Part shown: positions 46,782 to 61,078 of the stretch, one piece after another
How positions within the stretch are numbered: the first letter of the stretch is position 1
How the letters are laid out: every line of letters starts with the position of its first letter
Assembly: GCA_033442325.1 (NCBI GenBank)
Contig: JAWQFM010000011.1
Span: 1,318,201 to 1,382,200, forward strand
Length of the DNA: 64,000 nt
Reading direction: 5' to 3'
DNA from: Salpingoeca rosetta
Lineage: Eukaryota; Protista; Choanoflagellata
The notes under the pieces: generated by a model
What the model saw: the letters and a program-made list of their open reading frames with translations, nothing else
Told to the model about the DNA's origin: nothing
Databases searched by the model: none
Made by a program: the position numbers and the translations under genes

Positions 46782-46971
46782 GTGTGTGTGTATGGTGTGT
46801 GTGTGTGTGTGTATGTGTGTGCCAATGAGGCGTAGGCTCTCGTCTTGCTTCACTTCCTTCCTTGTTTGGAAGCCGAAATCATGGCAAAATTGGTTGGGGT
46901 TCACTATGTTTTCATCCGAGGGCAAGGGTCATCAGCATACACACACATCGACCAGTCTACACACACACACA

Positions 46972-47004
<33 letters not shown>

Positions 47005-47146
47005 TCACACACACACACACCCTCTCTCTCCCCGCGGCTGCCATCCCATCCCATCCCATCCCATCCCATCCCATCCCATCCCATTCCCCCAACCACCACC
47101 TTCTTCCTCTTCGCTTCCATGTTGTTTACATTACAGCCCATGTCTG

Positions 47147-47724
47147 TCATCGGGCGGTGTGTTGCGCCGCTTGCACAACAAAGTCGGCCAGGGTGCCGAG
47201 AACGGCATGGGCATCTAGGCCCGGCGGTAACCGCAGCCGCGACACAGCCTGCATATCGCCTACGCATCACATGACGTGTGGGTGAGACCCACGAGAACGG
47301 AACGAAGCAAGGTGAAGGTGAGAATCAGAGTGAACAACATGAGCAGCGTTGCTAGGCCCCGTAGGCTCACTTCATGCACAACAAAGAAAAAAACAAAGAC
47401 ACTCAAAACCAGGCAAGCAAGCACGTGGAAACAACTAGAGATTGCAGAAGACAGTTGAAGAAGAAGTGGCAACAACAATACTCAAAGCCCACATTGTGTG
47501 TGTGTGTGTGTGCTGTACGTACAAAAGAGAATGTGGTCTGTGGAAGATGACAATGTCGCCGACGACGATAATGATGACAGTGATGAGGGTGGGACGGTGG
47601 CTACTGCGCGTAGCTCAGGGGCCAACGTGGCCGGCACGATGCAGCACTCCACACTGGCCACGTCAACGCCAGTGCATTGGATCACCCGCCGCGCACAAGA
47701 TACAGCTTCACGCGGCAGCTGTGC

Positions 47725-47802
<78 letters not shown>

Positions 47803-48449
47803 AACTCAGTGCGTGCGTAATCATAACCATGACAGGCAGTGGATCCATGTACAGGCACACGCAGCTGCACATGTGCACACGCGTACACGCAAGTAGCGCA
47901 TACGTCTGTCTCGTGTAGTATCTCTGATCGGAAGGCCATGTGTTGTGTCGGTGGCAGGATGGGAAGACAGGCTGGTTGGATCCCTGTCGATGGGGAGACA
48001 GGCTGGTTGGATCCCTGTCGATGACAATGTCCATGTCCATGTCGATGACGGAGCATCGCAGAAGTTGCAATACATGAAGGGTGGTACACACACACACGTA
48101 CTTACAGCACACACACGCGCACGCACACATAATTACAGCACACACACAGCACACACACACACACGCGCGCACACGCACACACACACACATAGCATACACA
48201 CGCGCGTGCGCACACACCCATAGCCCAGGCATACGTTCGCTATCGTTGTTGGTGGCATGGCTCGGGTGGATCCTATGCGCAAACAGCAATTGATCTGGCA
48301 GCAAGCAGCAAGCAAAGGCGAAAAGTTAGGCGCACGTGGCCACAAAGATCTGTGAACATTGCAGCCCAACACACACACACACACACGCACGCATGAGACA
48401 TGCCGATTGCGATCCCGCTACAAAACTCCCCGATCCTGAAAGAAAGCAC

Positions 48450-48524
<75 letters not shown>

Positions 48525-50028
48525 CACACACACACAATGCACACACACACACGCACACAATGCACACACACAATGCACACACAAACACTTCACACACACA
48601 CACACGCACACACACGCACACACGCACACGCACACACACAGCCCGTTTACATCGCATCCCAGACAACAGTGACGTGTTCCGTGTTGAAACAGCAAGCGTG
48701 GTGGCTTCAGCTCAACACAATACCTCTGGCGAAGACCATGCGAAGAATTCCATCGCGCAGGACAGCCGGCGGCAATTGCGGCTGGTCATGGTGGGGGTAC
48801 GGGATGGTGGTAAGTGGTGGCAAGTGGTGGCAGTGAGCATGTGGTGGTGATATGTGCCTATATGGCGGTGATGATCGTGCTGTGGTGGTACAAGAGAGAG
48901 TGAGGGGAATAACATGATGAGGAAAAGAGAATCATCAGCAAACAGCAGCGGATAGAAACATGCATAGAACCCCAGGCATGGGCAGCAATCAAGAGGCTGG
49001 TATGTTTACGGGCGAACCTGCAGTACGCAGCCATCAGCACGAAATGAGGGATGCTGTTCGACATATGCATCCAAATCGTCGACGGAACGGACCTGTTGTT
49101 GAGGTGCAAGCGGGGTAAGCAAGAGGGGGGAGAATATGAGAGAGTGTGTGTATGTGTGCGTGTGTATGTATGGACGCAAATGAGCATCGACAGAGGTCAT
49201 ACATGCACACAAATGCACACACACAAATGCACACACACACACACAAATGCACACACAAATGCACACACACACACACACAAATGCACACACGAAACAACAT
49301 CCACACACCCACAAGACGACACATAGACGGAAAACCTGTTGAGCGTTGGAGTCAAGGCTGCATGGATTGGTTCGAACTACGGCAGGGAAGGGAAAGGAGC
49401 CCAGACGCAGGCGAAGCGCGTCGACAGAGCGAAACAAGAGAACTCGTGGGTGCGCCATGTGCAGCTGTCGCATGACGCGGAATTGATTAAGGCGGGTGGC
49501 CCCCAGCTCGAGCGCTGGGGCACCGTTGATGATCGTCGTTCCGTCGTCTTCCAGGTCGTACAAGCGGCCAAGCACCTCCTGCAACCGCGATGGCCTGTCC
49601 CGCAAGTGCGCACACGGGCGCGCCAGGTTGAGGATGATGCGCGGGCTCAGTCGGGCCAAGGCGCCATGCTCCTCCGTCCACGCGTTTCTCACACAGCACT
49701 GCAATCCCCGTGCGCGCAACAACGTCAGCAGCTCGTGCACTTCATCGTCAACCTCATCCTCGCCAGCCTGCAAGTGGTGGACAGTGGAGGGGGGGATGGC
49801 GAATTGGAGCGTGAGGGAGTGGGTGAAGGAGCACAAAACAACATGAGGAAATGATGCCAGCGAGCTCAAACACATGCGGAGCAGGACAGCCAAAGAGCGA
49901 GAGGTAGACATACACACACACACTCACACACACACACACTCACTCACTCACTCACTCACTCACTCACTCACTCACTCACTCCCAAACGCGCGCACCTCTG
50001 CCAAGACGCACACATCCATCATCGTCAT
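47147..50028 (-). CDS. RimK/glutathione-synthetase-like ATP-grasp fold protein (degenerate)
   Basis: Phase-consistent exons give MTMMDVCVLAE|AGEDE...LYDLEDDGTTIINGAPALELGATRLNQFRVMRQLHMAHPRV...FPFPAVVRTNP...|VRSVDDL..GCVLQ|PQLP..DGILRMVFAR|DQLLFAHRI..|ILHETD|LPREAVSCARRVIQCTGVDVASVEC..ILF|CDMQAVS..LADFV. This follows the ATP-grasp pattern (IN.., P, FP.V.K, LQ, R, D...VE, DIN). Confidence 0.65.
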
Positions 50029-50152
50029 GTCATTTGCAGTCGTCACTGGCAACGACACCATAAACAGTAGTCCCATATCAGCACAGCTGTTTTGCTTGCT
50101 TGCTGCCTACTGGCTTTCCGCCTTGCGTCAAACAAGGACTGCAGCTGGCGAC

Positions 50153-50292
50153 ATGGCTCCACCGTCCCCTAACATCAAGTACAACCCCATCGCCTGGTCC
50201 ATGTGGGCCAACGTCCTTGGCGTCTACGGAGGCTTTCGTACGTACTTTCATGAACGTGTGCGTCTGTCTGCGTGTCTGCGTGTGTGTGTGCA

Positions 50293-50335
<43 letters not shown>

Positions 50336-52074
50336 GTCTGTGTGTGTGTGTGTCGTGTGTGTGTGTGTGTGTGTGCGTGTGCGTGTGTGCGGTGGCACAC
50401 AAATGCATGTCACATCCGCCGCTCCTTCCCCTGTCCCATGTTCTCTCCCTCCTCGCTCACTCCCAAACCCACTCACGCACTCATTCGTGCGCTCTCGCCG
50501 ATAGTGCTGCTGTTGGGCGGCATCCTGTCCCAGTTTGATGACTTCAAAGTCAAGGGCATCGGCACCTTTGCAATGTACGACACTGCTGTTGCTTGTCGCT
50601 TTCTACCAACGCTTGTGTTGTCCCTCCTCCTCCTCCTCCTGTTGTCAATGTTCTCACCAATGCTTGCACAATTTGGTGGATGCACCACGCATGCCAACTC
50701 CGACCACGGAACAAAGCGTGGCTTCCATCTTCATCATCCTCTTCGAGTGGCCTCGCTCCAAGAGGAAGAAGGGCTACACCATGCCACGCGAGTATCAGCA
50801 TCTCATCACCCCAATCGTGGCCAAGCTCGGGTTCCTCGCATCAAACTACTTTGCCCGATTCGTCCTTCACCTCATGTACGGTCTCGTGTTTGCGGGTGTG
50901 TGCCTGTGTGTCTGTGTCTGCGTGTCTGTGTCTGTGTCTGTGTGTCTGTGTCTGTGCCTGTGTCCGTGTGTCTGTGCCTGTCTGCTTGTGTGTCCGTGGT
51001 AGGACTCATAGCTTGTTCCAGTGTGGCCTGTGCTTTGTTTCTCCTCCCCCCTGTTGTTAAGGCAACCCACCTCGCACCGTCTCCGGCACGTTCACTGTTC
51101 TCTCCAATTTCCTTGACTGCACCCCACGCACCATCTTGGCCCTAGGCTGTGCATCCCCACCTACTTCTCTCTACCGACCATCGTTGGGGGTGTGACCATC
51201 TCCATTGCTGCGTGAGTTCCAGCGACAACAAAGCAGAATCATGCGTCGATAACGCACATGCATCGCTTCTTCTGCTCACGTCTTCCGCTCCACTCACACC
51301 CAGCTCTGTGTGTGTGTGTGCGTGTGTGTGTGTGTGTCGGTGTGTCTGTGTGTGTGTGTGCCTGCACTTCTGCGTATGTGGCTGCACTGTACTTCTGCGT
51401 GCGTTTGCCTGTGTATTTGTGATGGGGGCTGTCCAACAACAGCATCGTGTACTTGGTTGCCGCCATCAAGGGGGAGTCGTGGGTTCCGCTTGCGAAAGAG
51501 CAGCCGCGCACGCGTCGACCAAAGATCACCGCGGCCCCAACAAAGGCCCCGCCACGCCGACCACAGCACGTGCGGCAACATGGGCCATGCGCTTGTGTTG
51601 TGCTTCTCCTCCGAAACGCGCTACCGCCCACATTCAACTCTGCTTCCCGTCACACACACACACGTAAACACACACATACACGTAAACACACACATACATA
51701 CAACCATTGCACTCACGCACACACATCACACACGCACATGTACGTGTGCACCTCAGGCTGAGCGGAAGTACACGGCTGTTGGCGGCGGCGGCGACGAGGC
51801 GCCACTGCAGGCATCGAAACTCGTTCATGCAACAGCAACAGGGGGCACCACCGTCCAGCGACCCCATGTTGCCACGCGACCCACCGTTGCCACACGGCCG
51901 ACAGTGGCAGCCAGGCCCAGCGTTGCGGCGAGGCCCGCACAGCAGAGGAGCAAGTTTGAGGTACAACACGAAAGAAGCAGGGATGGGGAGAGGAAGTGGA
52001 ATAACATAACTCAAACTTGTGCACACGCGCATGCATACATGCACACACGCTCTTCCCTCTTGTACCACTGACAA

Positions 52075-52116
<42 letters not shown>

Positions 52117-52428
52117 GATGCACGTGCAGGACTATCCTTGGGAGCATGCGGTGGACGATGTGTCTGGTGAAACATACTACATCAACACGCAAACAAGCGA
52201 AACGTCGTGGGAACCGCCGGAGGACTGGGAAGAGGTGGGTGTGTCTGTGTGTGTGTATGTGTGTGGGTGTGTGCCCGCTCGTTTGTGATCACTCAATTGT
52301 CCCTGCAACTGCATGTATCTCACACATAACCCCTCTGTCCCCACCCCCTCTCGCCTCTACCCGCCATGCCTGCCACCCCACAGTTTGTTGCGTTCCACAA
52401 CGGGAATCCCCCCACGTCCTTTGCATGA
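50153..52428 (+). CDS. CYBA: Cytochrome b-245 light chain (p22phox, NADPH oxidase subunit) with an extra C-terminal WW domain
   Basis: IAWSMWAN, LLLGGI, FEWPRSKRKKGYTMPREYQ, NYFARFVLHL, YLVAAIKGESWVP and APTKAPPRRP match human p22phox (IEWAMWAN, LEYPRGKRKKGSTMERWGQ, NYYVRAVLHL, YLLAAVRGEQWTP, PPSNPPPRPP). Exon 52130-52234 encodes PWEHAVDDVSGETYYINTQTSETSWEPP. The final exon 52384-52428 is inferred. Confidence 0.93.
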
Positions 52429-53112
52429 TATGGACTCGACAACCGCCCACCACAAACACCATAGTTCCATCCCCTACTATCCCCTCCCTTACCAACACCA
52501 ACGCCCTTGCTGCTTCTGTGTTAATCTGTGTGACATATGTGACATGCCACACCTGTCCCTCCCCCTTTCCACTTCTTTTCCGCTGTTTTCGTTTGCGCGG
52601 GCTGGCTGGCCCAATTGGCTGTGCACTGGGACTCCAACATTGCTGCCCACTGCTTGGTGGCTGCTTCTTCTTCTTTTGTGAATTCGTGCCACCGCTCTCC
52701 TGTTGCTGCCATAACACGCAGGTACTGCCCCCCCCCCCAAACACACACTCACACATATATAGTTGTTGATTTGCCCTGTTGCCCCGTTTCTCCAGTTTGG
52801 GAGATGTTTTGTATACTTTCCACGCATGAACTGCTGCACGCCCACAGGCGAGAACAACAAACGCAATCATCAATCAAACAGGGTTGGACTGATACATGCA
52901 CCAACAACACTGAAACACAAAACATCCAACAACACAACACAATCACCCAACGTGAAGCACACAACAAAGAGGAGCCACCATGCACCCACAACAGCACAAA
53001 GCGACAACAGCGGCAAAGTGGTCTGCCGTTGCTTCTGCTCCTGGTCGTGACGATGACTGTCGTGTTGGTGGTGGTGGTGATGATGATGATTCGTCGTGAC
53101 TTGGATGATGGT

Positions 53113-53351
53113 TTAGTCTGCGGTGGTGGCCATGGACTGCTCCTTCATTGCCTCGTACTCGTAGTGCAGCGGGCCGACATCCTGCATGTTCAGGATGCGC
53201 TCCCATCCCGTCTCCTTCATGTGGTACACTGCACATTAACAATGATGGTGGTGGTGGTGGTGGATGGTGGATGGTGGATGGTGGATGGATGAGGGCATGC
53301 AACACAGCGACAGCAATGTGCAGCCGCTGACGCAATATGCTTCACATGATG

Positions 53352-53422
<71 letters not shown>

Positions 53423-55157
53423 CGCCACCACCGCTCGAGAGGTACGCATTGCATTGGACGCACGGTTGATGTGGCCGCCAGAGTATGCGTCCCTGAACGT
53501 GGCATGGTAGATGGCGCGGCGTGCAAGCTCATGCGCCTCCTCAACGCTCAGGTCCCAGCGGTACCCCTGCACACGCAGCGATGGCGAGCAGACGCAATTT
53601 GGGAAGGGAGGGGGTGTTGGACGTGTGAGGAACGCATGTCATGGTGTGCATACAATTGCACACAAACAAATAAACAATCAAACCAAACAAGCACGCAAAA
53701 GCAAACAAACACACAAACAAGCAAGCAAACACACAAACAAACAAACAAACAAACAAACAAACAAACAAACAAACAAACACACACACACACAAACAAACAA
53801 ACAAACAAACAAACAAACAAACAAACAAACAAACAAAACAAACACGCAAGAGCCAACAAACACACACGAACAAACAAACACGCACACACATACACACAAG
53901 TTAGCGCACCGCGTCGAGAACGCCATAGGCGTAGGTTGAGCCCGAACCGACGGAGAAGAGGTTGTTGGTGAGACGCGTGCCGTCGCTGTCGACGTAGAAG
54001 AGACCAGGGCCCTTCTTGTCCCACCCGCAGATCATCGTGCCCTGCAGTCATGGGTACGCACACGCACACGCATAAACACACATACGCATGTGTAGGTGTG
54101 TGGTGAGCATTGAAAATGAGGGAAGAGAAAGCAACGGCTGCCAACGCAACCAAACGTTAACACACACATACGCACGCACGCACACACATCCACACGCACC
54201 ATGGAGAGGCCCATGCCGCGGTAGTGGTAGACGATGTTGGCCAGGATCTTGGAGGCGGCGGCAACAGAGATGCGCTCCCCATTGCGCAGCTCAAACAGCC
54301 TGCATACGCGCAGTTGTGTGTGCGTGTATGTGTGTGTGTATGTGTGTGCGTGTGTGTGCGTGTGTGTGTGCGTGTGTGAATGCAACAGACGGGCAGACAC
54401 ACAGCCAGACAGACAGACGAGAGTGCGTGCATGAAATGCTGTTGTGAGAGTTGACTGAAGAGCGAGTGTCCATCATCCGCGCACACATTTACACATGGCT
54501 CAACCACGCATGTATTCACGCAAGTGCATGCGCACCAAAAAAAAAATATATATATAGCAAAGTCGCCAGCATCTCCAACAGCTCACTGACCTGCACTCCT
54601 TGGCAAGGACGCGCTCCCAGTAGGAGCAGTCTGCGGCACCACCAGCCATGGTGCCAAGCAGGTATGGGTTGATCTCAATCACCTTCTTCACAGTCTGTGA
54701 GGCTGCAAGGTGAAACACAGCACGTGTGAGATACCACAAACGGGCATTGTTTCTCCGATAGAGACAAACTCGCATTCAATCAAAGGCCCAACACGCATCC
54801 AAGCATGCGCACGACAACCACGGCCTCATCTCGCGACTGCCCTCTTCGCTTTTTTGTGTTTTCTTTCACCCGCTCCTTGCTTACACCTTCTTCTTTCCTC
54901 CCACATGACGAGCAACGAACCGATGTAGGAGCCCGCAGAGGCGCGGGAGTCGACAGCGATGATGACGCCATGCTGGAACTTGAAGCCAAGCGTGGTGGTG
55001 CCGTGGGCAAACTGGATCTTCACCTTGCTGTCTGGGTTGGCATCCGAGTACTGGTGCAAAAACTCAGAGGGCTGTACAGAATCACGGCAATGGTTGCAAG
55101 GTGAGCAAGCGATGCGGGATGCTATATCCAAATACGGTGGCATCACGTGCACAACTG

Positions 55158-55201
<44 letters not shown>

Positions 55202-55514
55202 GCAAGTTGAGAGCAACAGATAAAGAGACAAACACAAACACAAACACACACGCACACACAGAAACACGACCACACATGAACACACACAACATTGACACAA
55301 CCACACAACCACAAACCCACAACCACAAAACACACACACACGCACGAACGTTGTCTGTGCGAGGGAGGGAGAACATGGGCACAGGTCCCGTGAACTGTTG
55401 CTCGTCCTCATCCACGTCTGCGCCAGCGTTGTGCTTGACAAGCGCCTTTGATGTGCTGCGGTGAGCACAGGTTGCCGCCTCAAACTGCGGCATTCCACCA
55501 AACTCAAACGCCAT
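53113..55514 (-). CDS. PSMB5: 20S proteasome subunit beta-5 (chymotrypsin-like catalytic subunit) with propeptide
   Basis: HG|[116 protein letters not shown] at 53115-53113. Confidence 0.98.
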
Positions 55515-55896
55515 CGCTGCTGATGCCGTGTGTGTGATGTGTGTGCCTGTGTGTGTTTCAGTCAAGCTGAACTTTGGTTCTGTAAGAGTGAGCGATGGAG
55601 GGAGTGCAGGCGAGCAAACAACGCGTCTCTTGTTGATGATGGTCAGATGGAAACTGGTCGACACAATCGAGTGTGTGAAGCAACGGCAGAGCAGCAGAGC
55701 AGCCTTGGATTGACGAAAATTTGTTGAAATTTTCAATGAATTGTCGTGTGCCCCAACAAAAAAACCACAACAACGCAGCACGTCTGTGCTTCCTGCCCTC
55801 ACTCTTGCCTCTCGCTGTTTGATTTGCAGCGGCAGTCGAACTGAGGAGGATACCCGTCCCTTGTGCCTCCCCCCTCTGACTGGCTGCACCGGCGTC

Positions 55897-56362
55897 ATGG
55901 AGAAGGCCGTGCGCACGTTGTACGACTACGAGCGGGTGTTCAACGAGAACCTGCGCTTGCTCTCTGAGCGTTTCTTCCTCCCGGTGCGTGAATTCCAATC
56001 AATGATGATGCGTATGGACAGCAACACAGAACGAGGAGGACTATTCGCTGTGCTTGATGCCAATCGACACAGCCCATTGGGGGGAGAGGGCTTGGTGTGC
56101 ATGGCTGCACTGCATGATCTCAGAAACTAAGCCATTACAAATGGCTCGGCCCTCATCCATGCATATGTGTTTTCTGCATGTGTGTGTGTGTGCGCGCGTG
56201 TGGTTGTTGCTTGGTTCTGCGTGTGCCAATGCCAACAGTTGAAACGAACGGGCACCATTCAGGGCGATGAAGCCTCGCTTTTGTTCGACATCTTTGATCA
56301 ACTGATGGCAGCTTCCAAGCGTGCCACCAACTCGCTTGGGCCGGCTGTGGATCACGAAGATC

Positions 56363-56414
<52 letters not shown>

Positions 56415-57061
56415 GGTGTGCCTGTGTGTGTGTGTGTGTGTTGGTGTGCCTGTGTGTGTGTGTGTGTGTCTGTCTGTCTGTCTGTCTGTCTGTGTTGGTG
56501 TGTGTATGTGTGTGTGCGTTTCCTGTCTGTGTGGCCGTGTATGTGTATTTGTATTTGTGTGTATTTTTGTGTGTGAGCATGCATTTCATATACGTGTTTC
56601 CTTTCATGCGCGTGTATTGTGCGCTGTTTGTTTGCGTTGACACATTCACATGTCTCTCTGCCTGCCTGTCTGCCTTGCTGCCCTGCTGCACGTGTGTCTT
56701 GCCACGAACCCATTATCTCGTTATACTTGCCACGTTTTGCTCGTGTCGCCATGAACGCGCTCACGCTTGTGTTGCCACGCGCGCCTTGTTCAATCCTCAC
56801 CCCTTCCCTCTATCCCACTGCCATCTTTCCCGCCTTGCACTCGTGACAGCATGCCATATGTCTCAGAAGTGTTCTCAGGCCCGCTGTTGGAGGCGTTTCG
56901 CGCGTATGTGCAGCAGTTTCTGTCAGCGCACCGGGCGTGGGCCCGGGCCGTGGCCTGCAACGACCGATTGGGCATGTTTCTTGAGATCCAACGGCGTGAG
57001 ATCAACACCAGCATGGACGAGCTCCTGCGACAACCGGTATTCATGGATTGGCCGCGCGCGC

Positions 57062-57109
<48 letters not shown>

Positions 57110-59828
57110 GTGGCGGGCGGTGTAGGACGGCAGTGACGTGTGGTGCACGTGCCTGGCGCTGCTGTATCCACGGAACCAATGTGTTTGTGTGCGTATCTTG
57201 TGCCACTCCCTTTTCTGTGCGGTACTCATGCAACTGTGCGCACAAACAAACACAAACACGCATATTGCACATCCACACATCCACACACACGCATCCACGA
57301 CAGTTGCAACAACTTGCGTTCCACTACGAGACACTACAGAAGATTCTTGAGCTTGCGCCGAAAGACCATCGCCTCTACTCTGTGCTGCAGTCCACAGCCA
57401 GCCACTGGGCCTCCATCTTCGAAGGTGCACACAGCAAAAGCATCTCCACACATCAACGTGTTAATGTGGTTGCACGCCACACACACACACACATGCATAC
57501 TCTGTTATCGTGCGACAGTCCACAACATGGGTCATGTAAACGTGCCCTTTGCTGTTACATTACGCTTCCCACTCATCTCACCATCCACGCCTCCTCCACA
57601 CCAACCCCCCATCAATGTCCTTCCCAACACCCCCACCCACTTTCCTGGTTGCGCCTGACGGCAGACCAACTGCGGCTGAAGGATGCACTGGAGAACGACA
57701 ACAAGCTGGCGGACATTGAGGCGGCCTTCCCACACGCAACCCTCAACCTCATGCTGCCACTCGACGATGCTGATGCCGACGACAAGTCCAAGCGCGCGCA
57801 TCTCCGCAAGCGCTTCTCCTCCCCCGGTGGCATCTTCAAACGCGTACGCACACGTGCTCTATGGCTTGTGATGTGTGTGCTGAGTATGTGCTGTGTGTGT
57901 GTGTGCGTGTGCTGTGTGTGTGCTCTGTGTGTGTGCGTGTGCTTGTTTGTTGTTCTGTTTGTGTTTGTTCGCATGTTTGACTCCATGGCTTCGTGTGTCG
58001 TTGCACGTTGCACTTCGCTCACGTATCCCGCGACTTGGGTCTTGTCCTCTGCTTTGTTTCGCAGCGCGGCCGCCGCAGTAATAGCCATCAGGGCTTTGAC
58101 GTAAGCACACACCATATGCCAGTGCCCGCTCGCGCTGTGATTTGATCTTTAAACACACACACACACACACAAATATACACGCGAGCGACAAAAAAACACT
58201 CACACACGCACATACTCACTCACTCACTCACTCACTCACACACGCACATACTCACTCACCCACTCACTCACTCACTCACTCACTCACATACTCACTCACT
58301 CACTCACTCACTCACTCACTCACTCACTCACTCACTCACTCACTCACTCACTCACTCACTCACTCACTCACTCACTCACTCACTCACTCACTCACTCACT
58401 CACGTTCCCCCCTTCATGTGTGCAGACGGGGTGGTCGCGGTTCTTCGTGCGGGATGGGCCCTGTCTTGGCGTCAAGACCGAGCGCACGCCACGCCACCTG
58501 TTTCTCGTGTCTGACATGCTGATTGTGGGCAAGCACAAGTCGCTCAACCACTACTCGCTCAAGGCGCGGGTGAAGCTGAAGCACGCCTGGCTCGTTGACG
58601 AACCGCCCGTCTCCGGCGGCGACCGCGAGGTGACGCCGCCACGACACACACACACACACACACATGCACACATGCACACATGCACACACGAACACACACA
58701 CATGCACACACACACATGCACACATGCACACACGAACACATGCACACACGAACACATGCACACACACGAACACATGTTCACGCACTGGCTTCGAAAGCAT
58801 TTGGGACATCGTGGACTGCTGCGTTGTTGTGAGAGATTGCGACATGTATACCCTCGTCCTCACTTTGGTTTCCACTTCTTTCGTTTTCAACTTCTTTGTG
58901 TGTGTCTGTGTGTGTGTGTGTGTGCACCAGGCTGGCCGTGCGTGTCTCCTCGTCGGATCGCCAGCCCACAGATCGCTCGGTGCGTCAACGTGCCTGTCTC
59001 CGCATGCATGTGATTTTCATTTTGCGTGCGCGCTTGCGTAAACTTTGTTGTGTACGCACGAACTCCAACCCCCCCCCAAAAAAAATGTCACCCACCTTTC
59101 CTCTCTCCTTCATTCCCTCCTCTTCATTTCCCGCAGTGTTCCAGTTTGCGTCTGCAGCGGAAAAGGACACCTGGTTCCAGGACCTCAACAAGTATGACAT
59201 GCCCTCTGTTTGATTCTCCGCGCGCACATGGTCGTGCGTGTGCGTGTGCGTGTGCGTGCGAATGTGCTTGCGGTCACATCTTCCCGCCACCGGTGTTGTT
59301 TTGCAGATACATTGTGGATGCAAAGGCGATGCTTGACCAAACAGAGGGCGCAACGAGCCGTATATCTGCCCTGCCCCTCTTTCCAGGACACATGCCCAAA
59401 TCAGAAGTGTAAGCACGAGCAAGGTCGCCAAAGTTGTGCTCTGATCCTGTTGTCCTACAGCACATCTCGTGTGCGTTGTTACGTGTGCTGCTGCTCACTG
59501 CCTGGCCGCGCATTGCTTCGCTTATTCGTGCATTTGCTGCGTGCGTCTGTGCAGGGAGCTTGGCATCCTGTATGTTGACATCAAGAGCGACACGACTGTG
59601 AAGGCGCTCATCACGGCAATGCTTCAGCAGCTCAAGCTCGATAATCACGAGGCCAAACACTACGTCCTCTACGAACGCACGCGCAAGGGACTCGTCAAGC
59701 TCAAGGGTCTGTCTGTCTGTCTGTCTGTGCGCGCGCGCGTCTGTCTGTGTCTGTGCATGCAGTGGACGCATCCGGCATTTTATGCCAGTTTGCATGTTTG
59801 CGTGCGCATACCCCATGTGTGTGGGTGT

Positions 59829-59889
<61 letters not shown>

Positions 59890-61027
59890 GTTTGCGTGAG
59901 ACTAAAACCAACCTCATGTGCTGCCCCACCGCCTCGTCCCCCCCCCCTCCCGGGTCCGGTCCTCATCGCCACTGCAGAGTACGAGTGTCCGCTGCCGATT
60001 GCGCGGTGCGGCATGCGCTCGAAACTGCACGATGGGACGTGCTCGTTTATCCTTCGCCACATCATGAGCCCCGAGCTCACAGGTGCAACAAGCCGCTTTT
60101 CGTCTCATTGCTCTGTGTGTTCGCAGGGTGAGGGGAGGAGAGCACTTGTGTGCGGTCAAATGGGTGAGGGAGAGATGTAAAGGCGTTCGCCATGTGTGTC
60201 CAGAGCACACCAAGTTAAGATGATCGATTGTTCACCGTTGTACACACTCACATGCACACACATACGCACACGCATCCCCCGCTCTCGCTCATGGCAGATG
60301 ACGACCTCCCGGCGTCGCTGCGCGTGTTCAAGTCCCTCAAGCGCGGCATTGAACCAAACGCACAGAAGGGACAGGGACACCAGCAGGGTCACAAACATAA
60401 GCACAAACGCCGCCACGGCAAACACAAATATGTTCGTTTGGTTTGTGCGTGTGTGTGTGTGTGTGTGCGTGTGCGTGTAGTGCTACTTGCATGCAACTTG
60501 CTTGCTGCTGTGCCCGCTTTTGGGCTTTGCTTGAATGGCACATCATTCACCTCTCTCTCTCCCCCCGAAAGCATGCCATGCAGCTCATTTCCCTTGCTCT
60601 TCGTTGCTCATGTGTGTGTTTGCGCTTTAATATGTGTACGCATGTGTGTGTGTGTGTGTGTTCTGTCCTTGATGCGTACCAGCCTGGCTCGCTTCCCCGC
60701 AAGGGCTCAGGGACTTCGCTCTTTAAGAAAGTGAGCCCATGAACGTGTGTGGATGGGAATGCGCTGTCTCCGTAGAAAATACATTCTTTGCTTGTTTGCT
60801 TGTTTGCTTGTTTGGTTTGCGTTGCTTCTGATGCGCTTTGCCCGTTGGCCTCTTCACGTGACTCACGTTTGCATTCATGCGTGTGTACACGTCGATGTCA
60901 CTGCCAGATGTCTGATGCGCTGAAGAGAACTGGGAAAAGCACTCCCCGCTCCAAGTATGAGCAGCAGATTGAGGCCGCCAAGAAGAAGGGGTGAGTTGAT
61001 GCACGCGGCGGAGGTGTAGTCATGCGC

Positions 61028-61078
<51 letters not shown>

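Noticed and set aside
47958-48023. 31-bp tandem duplication (also 7381-7460, 37920-38010, 38830-38890)
   Set aside because: Local intronic slippage duplications with no sign of function.
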